Notes: generated from the sequence alone by a model not told the origin. A stretch of DNA of 64,000 bases from Candidatus Bathyarchaeia archaeon (GCA_050010515.1 JBEKKX010000013.1:32001-96000); one strand, 5' to 3'; numbered from the stretch's first letter, positions 20,501-30,006 are shown. A program made the numbers and translations.

Positions 20501-21127
20501 CAAATCATCAAGGCGCTTCTGTACTTCATCTATTCTGCCCATGGCTGTGCGGATTGAAATGTCAGCAGTTCGCAGTTTTTCTTCTGCATCGGCCTTCTCC
20601 GAGTCGTACTGGGCTATTCCAACTAGGTCTTCGATGATTTTTCTGCGTTCAAGCGGGGTAATTTCTGTTAACCTAGTTATTGTGCCTTGAGGAACAATGT
20701 TCTGGCTCATACTGCTTATTGAAGCCATAGACAGAGTTTCTATAATATGCCCTCGTGACATTCTTCTGCCGTTTAAGCGGTAAACACTTTGCCCATTTTG
20801 GTAAACTTCACGTGAAATCGTAACAGTGGTTGTGTCAACCGGCATTATGCCATCAGAATTATCAAATTGAATAACAACCTTAGCCATTTTGACTTTCTCT
20901 TGCCCAGGTTTTTCTGAACCGCGAAAAATCAGTTTAGCTGCGCTTTCAGCACGGAGCCTTCTTGTGCTCAGTTCCCCAAGCGAAAAAAGCACTGCATCCA
21001 TAATGTTGGTTTTTCCACTTCCGTTTGGGCCAGTTATGGCTGTGAAGCCCTTATCTAAAGTTACCTTGATGGTCTGTGGCCCAAAAGACTTAAAGCCTTT
21101 TAACTCGATTTTTTTTATGTAGGGCAT
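17576..21127 (-). CDS. smc: Chromosome segregation ATPase SMC
   Basis: GFKSF, GPNGSGKT, hinge, long coiled coils, SGGE and LDEVDAHLD. Confidence 0.97.
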   Translation of the reverse strand: MPYIKKIELKGFKSFGPQTIKVTLDKGFTAITGPNGSGKTNIMDAVLFSLGELSTRRLRAESAAKLIFRGSEKPGQEKVKMAKVVIQFDNSDGIMPVDTTTVTISREVYQNGQSVYRLNGRRMSRGHIIETLSMASISSMSQNIVPQGTITRLTEITPLERRKIIEDLVGIAQYDSEKADAEEKLRTADISIRTAMGRIDEVQKRLDDLERERNQLLRYNFIQSETKKFQAVKISNDITQLNSKINEATSQTEKVKARVDKLKEQRDLRRSKRHGIESEWRKLSGENLEEGGSEVLKVQITIGELKSKLTELSTKISSGQASFESLKRVRENNLDQQESIRNEIRENRLKIRVFRSQHEKINDQMAQKELEHDALAKETAQLWEGLGDNNQQIRAMEAEIANNVKRLAYLRSEYTKDKSALRLCTGRIKNLNVRKERFLTSLLEIEKSLSELEQVQKDQKNQFKNLEHTIERKKIQKETVEKEITEAERIASSAKDAVIEFATQRDLAATIAAEERALRSIEEMGIVGAITGIHGRLRNLIKIDKNYKKAIEAAATGWLDALVVANIDSAFTCTETLRRMKLGRIKIIPLQGAINLKNKETPSRDGVVGALSSFMTYESTFEMAVNYVFGDTVVVSNDKAAFALSNEGYRAVTVNGDLYEPGAFESGYYRAPIDFSTIIPSENALKSLDEAVNALQTHLTQRGTDITGLEEEIERSKIEITRLSEFISTLDREIVRIKRGVKRTQFNIRHTEKYGGKLDREAAAYKGRMSMYMNERNSIQKALQKLHTDIANLRLKTDVTHIQELEVQREKLGEEVNTLRQNSGSTQTEISTYQSQFDRVLRNGYKNIKIQIAKVEQQQRKIEKEVAEAQAERESIRKELDEQEKSRVELSNAVFSAREESKKFTSQIDVIDAEVRLLDSEYEQAERLLNQLQLGMETSQLRLQQLQSQLRQFGYEQSLETSQKQVEEAETTIRMMQFELERIGAINQLALSHYSDQISRYRELSVRLNELEREKQAIVQFMDDIEAKKRKVFMTAFEKINSSMKVYFSKLTGGGEATLKLENPDEPFAGGIDMVVQFPNKPAIIVSGASGGERSVSAVSFIFSLKEFTPASFYILDEVDAHLDAFHAAKLAEVLLEEAGKIQFIVISLRPEIVNKAQKVYGVYELNGVSNVVTAKFPAEAPS

Positions 21128-21298
21128 TTAGTCTTTATCCTCACGGTAAGCAATGTATATTATTTTATTTTAACATCTCATCAACATACGTATAAAAGCT
21201 TATAGCATTTGGTCAGAGTTTACACTTATAGATTGTAAAATCATCCTGTTTTTATCTGGAAAAATGCCAGATTTTGTGGCGCTGACTTGTGTGAGAAT

Positions 21299-22033
21299 TT
21301 ACTTCCATTTTGTCAGTATCTCCTCCCTGCGGAAAGTGGCTACGCTGAAGTAGAATAGAGCCAAATCAACAATCAGAATGGCACCGGAAATGATCAGCAG
21401 GTTACCTGTGTTGAGTGTTATCACGCCTATCTCGCCCGCGAGGTAAATGACCATAAACGGTATGAACATCAGACCCCCGATTGAGTTGGCAGACCGTACA
21501 TCACTCACTCTTGATGAGGCGATTACGCTTAATTCTATGCTCAATATTGCAGCGATGGGAATAAGGAGGAAGATAACCCCGATGCTCCAATCAGGATAGA
21601 TTAGGTAACCCAGCGTGTTAGAGGTTAATCTGTCCATGAGCACCATAAAGATTGAAAGCCCCGCCCAAGATGCCGCGATAGGCGGTATGAACGCCGCGAT
21701 GCTCTTTCCCAGCAGTATCTCTCCGTCAGTAGTAGGAGTTGCCAGAAGTGGTTCCAGGCTCTTCTCAACCTTTTCGCCTACTATGGCATAAGAGGCAATC
21801 GCGCTAGGAAGGACAGCTGCTGCAATCACGAAAAAGAACGAGAATGCGTTTAGCAGCCCTGGAAGATAAGATCCTGGGATTCCCCCATTTTTCCCTTCAG
21901 CGTAAATGATGACCAGCGGAAAAAGAACGTCGAGAAGCAGGGGGAAAAGTATAGTTCCGTAGATGATGCTTTTCTTTCTCCTGAATATCTTGAGTTCTTT
22001 TGATGCAATAATCCATGATGTACTCAGGTTCAT
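21299..22033 (-). CDS. ABC-2-type exporter permease
   Basis: About six TM segments; GEKVEKSLEPLLATP motif. Confidence 0.9.
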   Translation of the reverse strand: MNLSTSWIIASKELKIFRRKKSIIYGTILFPLLLDVLFPLVIIYAEGKNGGIPGSYLPGLLNAFSFFFVIAAAVLPSAIASYAIVGEKVEKSLEPLLATPTTDGEILLGKSIAAFIPPIAASWAGLSIFMVLMDRLTSNTLGYLIYPDWSIGVIFLLIPIAAILSIELSVIASSRVSDVRSANSIGGLMFIPFMVIYLAGEIGVITLNTGNLLIISGAILIVDLALFYFSVATFRREEILTKWK

Positions 22034-22959
22034 TCTTTTTCCCTCACAAGTTTTAGGTACGCTTCTTCCAAACTTGAACGTGACACCGAGACAGTTTGAA
22101 CATTGCCCCCTGCCTCAACAATTGCTCGGACAATGACAGGATTTTCCTTGTATGGATCAGCGAGCTCGAACGTTAGTTTGCTCTCATCACGAGATATTTT
22201 TCCAAGCGATAGTTTCTTCAACGAATTTAGAATAACATCGTTTACTTGTTCTAACTGAATCTCGGTTCTCCTAGCACCAATCGAGTGCTCAAGGTCTTCA
22301 GGAGTTCCGATTGCCATTAACTTAGTGTTCAATATCCCAATTCGATCACAGATTCTTTGTGCCTCGTCTAGGTTGTGCGTGTTTAGAAAAATAGTCTTCT
22401 TCTCGCGTTTCAGCTCAAGAATAAATTCTCTGACTGTTTTTGCTGATTCTGGGTCGAGGTTTACAGTCGGCTCATCCATAAATAGAATTTCTGGATCATG
22501 AATGAGGGCACGCGCTATCGCAAGCTTTTGTTTCATTCCCTTGGAAAATGTTCCGGCCATAACGTCCTTCTTTTCCCATAGCCCCAACATCATGAGAAAG
22601 CGCTTAATGTTTTCCTTCCTCTGACTTTCTGTACATCTGGATAGCTTCCCGTAAAAGTCCAGGTTCTCATAAGCCGTTAAATCATCATAGAGACCCACAT
22701 TATCTGGGACTAATCCAATAATTTTTCTTATTTTTAAGGCGTCCGCCTCGTTCCCGACTTCATAGTCTGCAATTCTTGCCGTGCCGCTGGTCTTTGATAT
22801 TAAGCAACACAGCATCCTCACAGTCGTGGTTTTTCCGGCGCCGTTGGGTCCAAGAAAACCGAAAACCTCGCCCTCTTCAACATGCAAATTAAGATTTTCA
22901 ACAGCAGTTAAATTGCCAAATTTCCTTGTCAGATTTTCAGTATCAATCACTGCGGTCAC
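22030..22959 (-). CDS. ABC exporter ATP-binding protein
   Basis: GPNGAGKT, FSKGMKQ and MDEP motifs. Confidence 0.93.
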   Translation of the reverse strand: MTAVIDTENLTRKFGNLTAVENLNLHVEEGEVFGFLGPNGAGKTTTVRMLCCLISKTSGTARIADYEVGNEADALKIRKIIGLVPDNVGLYDDLTAYENLDFYGKLSRCTESQRKENIKRFLMMLGLWEKKDVMAGTFSKGMKQKLAIARALIHDPEILFMDEPTVNLDPESAKTVREFILELKREKKTIFLNTHNLDEAQRICDRIGILNTKLMAIGTPEDLEHSIGARRTEIQLEQVNDVILNSLKKLSLGKISRDESKLTFELADPYKENPVIVRAIVEAGGNVQTVSVSRSSLEEAYLKLVREKE

Positions 22960-23209
22960 CGAAGGATTAGCGCTATTTCCACGCTGTCTTTAGTGACTCT
23001 GAATCATTTGTTATATAAGCTTTCAAGCGGATATGATAGCTTTTTTTCCAATAAAACTAAACGGCAACATTCCGATACTATATACCACAATTCCTAGTAT
23101 ACTCAAAATGAATTCAACCTACAAGTTTAACAGGGATTACTGAAAGAATATAAACAGAAAATTAATATTAGGCGCATGTGCAAAGGTTTAGGAAACGTTG
23201 GTGGCGTAA

Positions 23210-23416
23210 ATGAGTTTTGGAACAAAAGTCTTTAGTGGTGTTCAAGAAGTGTTTATTTTAGCGTTAATGATTGTGGCTGTTTTTGGGCTTTTCTATGTTG
23301 ACATGAGCATCATGTACAAGGTTGGCATTGCAGTAATAGTGTTCTCAGTAATCTTCCTAATGACATTGGCAACTCAAATTCTAAGGCAACAAAAAGAAAC
23401 TAAGCCTGCTGCCTAA
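23210..23416 (+). CDS. Small two-TM membrane protein
   Basis: 68 aa, two hydrophobic helices, GGTGG upstream. Confidence 0.65.
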   Translation: MSFGTKVFSGVQEVFILALMIVAVFGLFYVDMSIMYKVGIAVIVFSVIFLMTLATQILRQQKETKPAA

Positions 23417-23446
23417 AAATTAACGTTTTTTCACTTTCACTCTACC

Positions 23447-23530
23447 CTCCCCTGTTCCGCAATGTCGTTTCTACGATGCTTTAAAAAGGGTTAGAAGCGT
23501 ACTTGCTGCTTCGTCTATGAACAGGGAGAG
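23447..23530 (+). promoter_or_regulatory. TATA-like box flanked by inverted repeats upstream of the PolB2 cassette
   Basis: CCCTGTTC (23450-23457) and GAACAGGG (23519-23526) bracket TTTAAAAA (23480-23487). Confidence 0.45.
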
Positions 23531-23539
23531 CAAAATAGA

Positions 23540-24259
23540 ATGTCTCAAAATTTAATTGTCAAACCTACAATGGCTCAACCACTATTTTCTTTAAACATGC
23601 CCGGTGTAGACGAGCTTTTTCCAGGATTTGCGCCAGGCGACTTCGCCGTGCTTTATGGGTCGCCATCAGTTATTTCGTTAACTTCTCTACTCTGCATAAG
23701 AGCGCAGTTGCCAGTGCAGCTTGGAGGCTTAGGAAGCAACGTTGTCTTTATTGACGGCGGAAACACGTTTAGACTCTACAAAATCGCCCGTTTAGCCCAA
23801 CTTCACCAGCTTAACCCAAGGCAAGTGCTTGAACGCATCTTTATTTCAAGAGCATTCACAGCTTACCAGTTAACTTCTCTTATACTTGATAAACTAGAAG
23901 AAACCATAAAAAATTACAATGCCAAACTCGTGGTCATTTCAGACATAGCAGGATTCTTTTTAGACAATGACATTCCACATGAAGAAGCCCAAAGAGTCTA
24001 CAGCCAAGTCGTCAGTTACCTTTCAAGCTTTGCGAGAAAACACCAAATCGTCCTAATCGCAACTTACCTTCCCTACTCTGACAACCGAAGAAACAGTTTA
24101 CTTCAAGAAATAACCTGCTCAAAAGCAAACACAGTATTATCCTTCAGCAAAACCACCTACACACGAGAAGTAACATTAGAGAAGCATCCATTTTTCGTTT
24201 TAGGCACCGCTGAACTTCCATCCGAAAACCTGACACTAACCGACTTCATGGGCGCTTGA
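23540..24259 (+). CDS. RadA/Rad51-like protein with degenerate Walker A (PolB2-associated)
   Basis: GGLGSNVVFIDGGNTF and RIFISRAFTAYQL; Walker A reads YGSPSVIS with no GKT. Confidence 0.85.
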   Translation: MSQNLIVKPTMAQPLFSLNMPGVDELFPGFAPGDFAVLYGSPSVISLTSLLCIRAQLPVQLGGLGSNVVFIDGGNTFRLYKIARLAQLHQLNPRQVLERIFISRAFTAYQLTSLILDKLEETIKNYNAKLVVISDIAGFFLDNDIPHEEAQRVYSQVVSYLSSFARKHQIVLIATYLPYSDNRRNSLLQEITCSKANTVLSFSKTTYTREVTLEKHPFFVLGTAELPSENLTLTDFMGA

Positions 24260-24260
24260 C

Positions 24261-24533
24261 GTGGGTAAAACAGTTGAATCATACCGCATGGCAATTGAAG
24301 ACGAAATACGCCGCTGGAACGGTTTTGCAAAAGCACTCCGCAAAGAAGACAGAGAAGCCTTCGACATACTGATAGATGCATGCAGAAGCTACGCGTAAGC
24401 AGGAAGCAACGCCACTCAACCGTTACCTTTTGAACCAATGATAATGTCAATGCTGGTCTCACAGCAAATCCGCTTGCAACGGCTACAGAAGGAATTAGAT
24501 GACATCAAGCAAAAGCAGCACGGCGGCTCCTAA
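24261..24533 (+). pseudogene. arCOG07300-like small PolB2-associated gene with internal TAA
   Basis: MGKTVESYRMAIEDEIRRWNGFAKALRKEDREAFD...RSYA*AGSNATQPLPFEPMIMSML...; in-frame TAA at 24396-24398. Confidence 0.8.
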
Positions 24534-26799
24534 TTGCGTTAAAGGATGGCTACTTGATGTTTACCCTTCTGACCCCGGCAAAATCGCGGTTTGGGTGATA
24601 AGCGAAAAAGGCAAAAGAATCAAGTTCACTGACACGTTTCAACCCTGCATTTACGTCTCGGGCAAACAAGACGACCTTGAACGCTTAATCAGCCGACTAT
24701 TTAGCAATCAAAAAATCGCTTCATTAAAATTCGTGCAAAAATACGCTCAAGCCACAGATACTGAAAAGTCAAGGGTACTGGAAATAACTGTTAAGGATTG
24801 CAGGCAAATTCCTTCTTTAACGCTTGAAATTTTAAGAATCGGCGATTTCTTGCGTTATGAAATTCACAATTGCGACATGCAGAATGACCGTTCATACCTT
24901 TTTAGCCGTGACTTGTTTCCGCTTGCACTTGTGGAGTTAAAAGTGACAAAATCAGGCTTGGATTACACGCTTTTGGATTCGGTTGAAAGCACTGACTACG
25001 TTATTCCTAAATTGCAGGTAATAAAGCTTGAAGTGGAAGTTGCTCAGAGAGGAATTATTGCTAATTTTGATGATGTCATCGATAAAATATGTTTAAAGCA
25101 AGAGGGCAAAGAGGAGATTGCCATTGATTACGGTGACGAAGCCACAAAGCTGCTACAGCTTGTTTACGCAATAAACGAGTTAGACCCTGACATAATCTTA
25201 ACAACCGCTGGCGACTTGTACCTTTTTCCCTACTTAATCTACAGAGCAACCGTAAACAACCTTTTAGACAAGTTCCTCTTAAGCAGAGATAACAAGCCTT
25301 TTAACCGTAAATTTTCAGCGGGCAACACCTACTTTTCCTATGGTCGCACATTTTACAGGGCAGGCACCGTGCGGTTATATGGAAGAATACACATCGATGA
25401 AAACAATACTTTCATCATAAAAGAAGCAGGTTTCGAAGGCTTCATTGAGATAGCACGAACCTGCAGAGTACCCCTACACACGGCTGCACGATTCTCGATA
25501 GGCTCAAGCATGTCTTCTATGCAGCTCTACCAAGCCATAAAAGATGACATCCTAGTGCCCCGAAACAAAAGGATTCCCGAAGCCTTCAAATCAGCCCTTG
25601 ACTTGCTCGTTGGCGACCGTGGAGACTTAATTTTTGAGCCCCGCCTAGGAGTACACAATTCGATAGGCGAATTAGACTTCTCTTCCATGTACCCAAGCCT
25701 AATGGCTAAAAACAATATTTCAGCTGAAACAGTGCTTTGCAAATGCTGCCCTGATTCGTCACTGCGGATTCCAGATTTGAATTATCATATCTGTACAAAA
25801 CGGGTTGGAATAGTGCCTAAAACTATCAATTTAGCCTTAACCAAGCGACTGCATTACAAACGCCTAAGAGACGAAACAGGCGACAAACAGCTAAAACAAG
25901 CTTACGATAGACGTCAGACAGCGTTAAAATGGATTTTAGTCACATGCTTCGGCTATTTAGGCTTTAAAAACTCAAAATTCGGCACTGTTGACGGCCACAT
26001 TGGCGTTTGCGCTTTTGGCAGAGAAGCTTTTCTTAAGGCAGCGCACATTGCTGAAGATCAAGGTTTTGAGGTTGTTCACGGTATTGTCGATTCGTTGTGG
26101 CTCAAAAAGAAAGACGCAACCATAGAAGAATACCATGACTTATGCCGACTAATTACTAAGGAAATAGGCGTTCCCATAAACTTTGAGGGCCGCTACAAAT
26201 GGGTGGCTTTTCTGCCTTCCAAACTGCACCCGCGTATTAGTGTTTTAAACCGTTATTTCGGAGTCATGGAGAACGGTAAGGTTAAAATTAGGGGCTTAGA
26301 AGTGCGGCGTAGGGATACTCCAGGGTTTATTTTTGACGCCCAAACCGAAATGATCAACGTATTAGCCTCGGCGAATAATTCAGTGGAACTTCACCGGAAA
26401 ATTCCTGAAGCATTAAAAGTTTTAAAAGCTTATAGGCAACGGTTACTTAATGGCGAAGTTCCCGTATGTGACTTAATAGTTACTAAGCATCTGTCTAAAC
26501 AGCCGAAAAACTATAAACAGCATGTTAGCCAAGTCATCGCAGCTCAGCAATTAATTAAACAAGGCGTGGAAGTTCATGCTGGCAACAACGTGAAATTCCT
26601 TTTCACTAACTCTGAAGATAAGCGGTATGACCGTAGAGTAAAAGCTTTGCAGCTTATCGAGAAAGGCGTAAACCCAGACGCGAAAAAATACTTGGTACTG
26701 CTTTATGCTTCAACCGCTAATCTGTTAAGTTTCTCAGGCTACACAACCAAAAAAGTATACGACGCAGTCAAGGGGCAGCACCAAAAAACCCTCCAATAA
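24499..26799 (+). CDS. polB2: Family B DNA polymerase, PolB2 group
   Basis: DFSSMYPS, KWILVTCFGYLG and altered motif C HGIVDSLW (vs YGDTDS). Confidence 0.9.
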   Translation: MTSSKSSTAAPNCVKGWLLDVYPSDPGKIAVWVISEKGKRIKFTDTFQPCIYVSGKQDDLERLISRLFSNQKIASLKFVQKYAQATDTEKSRVLEITVKDCRQIPSLTLEILRIGDFLRYEIHNCDMQNDRSYLFSRDLFPLALVELKVTKSGLDYTLLDSVESTDYVIPKLQVIKLEVEVAQRGIIANFDDVIDKICLKQEGKEEIAIDYGDEATKLLQLVYAINELDPDIILTTAGDLYLFPYLIYRATVNNLLDKFLLSRDNKPFNRKFSAGNTYFSYGRTFYRAGTVRLYGRIHIDENNTFIIKEAGFEGFIEIARTCRVPLHTAARFSIGSSMSSMQLYQAIKDDILVPRNKRIPEAFKSALDLLVGDRGDLIFEPRLGVHNSIGELDFSSMYPSLMAKNNISAETVLCKCCPDSSLRIPDLNYHICTKRVGIVPKTINLALTKRLHYKRLRDETGDKQLKQAYDRRQTALKWILVTCFGYLGFKNSKFGTVDGHIGVCAFGREAFLKAAHIAEDQGFEVVHGIVDSLWLKKKDATIEEYHDLCRLITKEIGVPINFEGRYKWVAFLPSKLHPRISVLNRYFGVMENGKVKIRGLEVRRRDTPGFIFDAQTEMINVLASANNSVELHRKIPEALKVLKAYRQRLLNGEVPVCDLIVTKHLSKQPKNYKQHVSQVIAAQQLIKQGVEVHAGNNVKFLFTNSEDKRYDRRVKALQLIEKGVNPDAKKYLVLLYASTANLLSFSGYTTKKVYDAVKGQHQKTLQ

Positions 26800-26954
26800 A
26801 AATTTTTTCTTTCTGCTCCATTTAGGCTACTATCTCGGTTAGGACTATAAGCTTGGGCTCTAGACTCCAGTTCAACTTGGCAGCCATCAACAATTCATGC
26901 TCAGCGCTCACCCATTCATGAAACTGTGAAAATGAAGTAAGCGTTTTTTCTTTT

Positions 26955-27317
26955 TCAATGGGCCACGTAATTGGTATTATTAGTCGGTACTGCGTTGAAG
27001 TGATTGTTGTGTATAGTGCATTTTTTATTTTTGCTGAGGACAGGGACTTCTTGGGGATAAAGCATTGTTTTAAGCATTATCCATGCGTCAATAAATTTTT
27101 GTCCTTCCTTGGTTGTGATGTACTTTTTTGTTTTAGGTTGCAGTTCCAGAAAATCTGATGTTTGAAGTTGCAGCAGGTAGTTCTCAAGCAACTTGAAACT
27201 TGTGTTTGTGTTGCGTAAAATGTAGGTTTTTGCCTGAGGCATTTTACATAGTTCAAGAATGTCGTACAAGACTTGCAGATGGTTTCTTCTACTCTCAAAA
27301 ATCAAAACTCTTTTCAT
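26955..27317 (-). CDS. Winged-helix transcriptional regulator (COG3432-like)
   Basis: RRNHLQVLYDILE...KTYI...YL..L...YITT.EG pattern; start placed at ATG with GGAG upstream. Confidence 0.8.
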   Translation of the reverse strand: MKRVLIFESRRNHLQVLYDILELCKMPQAKTYILRNTNTSFKLLENYLLQLQTSDFLELQPKTKKYITTKEGQKFIDAWIMLKTMLYPQEVPVLSKNKKCTIHNNHFNAVPTNNTNYVAH

Positions 27318-27782
27318 GCACTCCACCGCTTGGAGGATCATTTAGCTTCATTGGCTGTTACCTCGGGTTTTGCTTGGTAATATTGCGACCAACAGTCACC
27401 GTTTGTCTGCCAGTGAGATCCATACGGTAATATGTTTGAAGTTGTTTTTAAACATTCTGCATTGGGTTATTTGCGTTTAAATAATTTCCAGACAAAGAAT
27501 ATAACTGCGGAGATGAGGAATGCTGAGTCAAGATGTTTGGGAATGATGGGAAACAAACTCATTGATTGAAAAATGTTATGAATTTTAGTGCTATACCGAT
27601 TGTTCCGCATACAAACATTATCAGCATGCAATCCTGAAAGAGTTCGATCCAGTTGCTATGAATTGTCTTCATTGTATTGCCATCCGCCGAGGGGGGATGT
27701 GCTGTTTTTCTTAATAAGAACATTATGAATCTATGCTGATGATTGTAAGTATCTTGAATTTTGCGTTTGAAGGCCAGGTTTG

Positions 27783-28433
27783 TTATGTTATTCTAGTTGC
27801 TGTTTCGATAAGAAACCCTTTTTTGCCGATTGTGTACGGCAGGCTTCTTGAAGGAACGAAGGTGCCTTTCATCTTCTTTACCATGATATCTCTATGTGTA
27901 GAATCTGATGTCCATGTTGTATTGAATAATATTACGCCGTCAGCGAAGTGCTGCATTGCAGTTTCAGCTTTTTGGTCTTGCATCCCTTCAGTTAAGAGAA
28001 GCAAGTGGTATTCTTCACTGCCTTTGTTTTGACGTGACATTGCGGGGAGCAGGTTGATGGCTTCTTCGATTTTCCGGGTTAAGAGCACTTCGGAAAGTGA
28101 ATCTATAATAATTGTTCGGTGTCCTTTCATTTCTTCAATTACGGTTTCTACCAGATTGTCGGCTTTTGCTAAGGTTTTGAACTTCCAGTTTCCAGCAGCT
28201 TCTAGCGGTGCGATATCCCAGTTGTAGGCGGCCATATCTTCTTTCACGTTGTCGGCGGTTACATTTACAGTAAAATATGTTACCCCAATCTGCTTTGCTC
28301 GCGCATAGGCGATTTGTCTGGCAAAGACTTCATTTCCCGAGCCTGGTAAGCCTGTCAGAAGTAATATTTTAGGCGGTAGACCTCCAGTTAAGAATTCGTC
28401 GAGACCTGCGATTCCTGTTTTAACAAGTTTCAT
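27783..28433 (-). CDS. KaiC/RAD55-like single-domain ATPase with substituted Walker A
   Basis: KTGIAGLDE, GLPGSGNE (K to N), IIIDSLS, ADGVI and KMKG. Confidence 0.88.
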   Translation of the reverse strand: MKLVKTGIAGLDEFLTGGLPPKILLLTGLPGSGNEVFARQIAYARAKQIGVTYFTVNVTADNVKEDMAAYNWDIAPLEAAGNWKFKTLAKADNLVETVIEEMKGHRTIIIDSLSEVLLTRKIEEAINLLPAMSRQNKGSEEYHLLLLTEGMQDQKAETAMQHFADGVILFNTTWTSDSTHRDIMVKKMKGTFVPSRSLPYTIGKKGFLIETATRIT

Positions 28434-28666
28434 GCTTGTCTTCCTTCTCTATATTTTAAACGATTTCAGTTATAACCTTTTTCAACCGCGTCAAAGGCAC
28501 AATAATCTATGGTTTTCTCCAAACTTTTATTACAGTTACTGTCAGTGCCGGCTCTTGTAAGCAATATTTCTTTGTTAGTCTTATAAGAATTCAGGTGGAA
28601 GATTGTTTCATACCGCTTTTTAAGCAAGCGCCCGAAAGTTTCCTTAAGAAAGGAGAGCTTTCTAAA

Positions 28667-28795
28667 ATGATTTTTCGTAAAATCCGTAAAAATGTGAAAG
28701 CGATTTCGCCAATAATTTCGGTGCTATTAATGATTGCCATTGCAGTCGTAGCCTCACTTGTAGTCTACGCTTGGGTAATGGGCTATGTAGGCTAA
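28667..28795 (+). CDS. 42-aa archaeal type IV pilin/archaellin N-terminal-like peptide
   Basis: MIFRKIRKNVKA/ISPIISVLLMIAIAVVASLVVYAWVMGYVG; class III signal peptide; AGGAG SD. Confidence 0.7.
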   Translation: MIFRKIRKNVKAISPIISVLLMIAIAVVASLVVYAWVMGYVG

Positions 28796-28806
28796 TTTGA
28801 AAAAAG

Positions 28807-28917
28807 CGCCGGGAGGGGGATTTGAACCCCCGCGGCCCCGAGAGGCCACAAGCTGCTTGGTGCTTGCCTGCGCAAACATCTCCAGGCTTGCTCCCTGCCT
28901 GGCTAGGAGACCCCGGC
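28807..28917 (-). tRNA. tRNA-Ser(GGA) with 25-nt intron at 37/38 (28855-28879)
   Basis: Acceptor GCCGGGG/TCCCGGC, anticodon stem CAAGC/GCTTG, long variable arm, GGGGG-TTCAAAT-CCCCC, bulge-helix-bulge splice motif. Confidence 0.95.
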
Positions 28918-29647
28918 ACAAATGAAATCAACGGGAATTGAAGCTGGTTCGTAACCTTTCTCTGACTTAAGCATAATTTAAAGCTTTATCGGAATAGTGT
29001 TTGATTAAGATTATTTTTGGCTTTAGCGCTTCGTTCGAATTATGATGAATCTACATAGTTTAGTTTGCATCTACACTTGACTTGCTAGACTTTTCTAATT
29101 ATTCTTTAAAGCAAAAACTCAATTTTCTTGTTTCTAACAGCAGTCCCTTTTTCCTATTAGGATTAGGCATAAGCTTATGATTTTTTTAGTTAGCCCGTAT
29201 TTGGGCCAGCCCAAAATAGCGTTGCATCGCCGACAATTTTTTTGTAACCTTTCTTCTGGTTAGTCATATTTAAATCACCATGAAAATTTTAGGTCTGAAC
29301 TGCACAATAAAACCTAAAACACCTATTATTGTGCATATTATCATCTTAACGCCACTCGAGGCGGCGACAAAGAATCAAGCTCTGACCTTGAAGCGTTACT
29401 TGAGTTTTGGCTTTCAAGAGCTCAATCTGGGCGTTCCACGAGGTTTTTCAGAACCTTGATTGTTGTTCTTCCCTGTTAACGGTAGGGTGCTGAACGGTTT
29501 TACTGCTGTTAACTTTCGGGTGATACGAGCATGCCAATTTAACATTTTTCTATGTATTTTTCTGTTTCGAGATTTTGTCTAAAACTGCTATTTTGCAAGT
29601 AGACTCGTCCAAAATAAAATTCAATAAATTTAATAATTAAGCAAACG

Positions 29648-30006
29648 TTAGGTCGCGTGAAGCCAACCGCGCCCGCCTTTCTTAGGCTGTTGAACTTCCC
29701 GCTTCTTAGGAACATACGCCAAAGTACGCTTGTTTCTCTGAGGCTCGCGACTGGTGATTTTGGTTTTTACGAATTTTTTAACGCCTTAAAATCCCTAGTC
29801 GCATGGATAATGGTGCCACGCTCCACGTACAAAGATGCATAGTCACTAACCGAAATGCCCTCAGCTCTCTCCTTATCGTTGAAGCGCTCACTCCACAAAA
29901 GTTTCCATTCAACTTTAAGTTTCTCAACTAATTCCTTTTGCGCTTTAATTCTGCTCTCAAGAGACGCATCAACAGAAGCTTGAGGCGAATCGTTAGTAAC
30001 CTGCAA
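29648..30006 (-). pseudogene. Probable frameshifted or internally deleted hypothetical gene
   Basis: 79-aa ORF stops at 29767; a protein-like reading FVKTKITSREPQ...KKGGRGWLHAT* continues in another frame to 29648. Confidence 0.45.

Noticed and set aside
24396-24398. Stop-codon recoding (Sec/Pyl)
   Set aside because: The codon is TAA, not TGA or TAG
27685-27701. CGCCGAGGGGGGATGTG as a degenerate att copy of the tRNA-Ser 3' end
   Set aside because: Only ~17 nt with a gap and mismatches; could be chance
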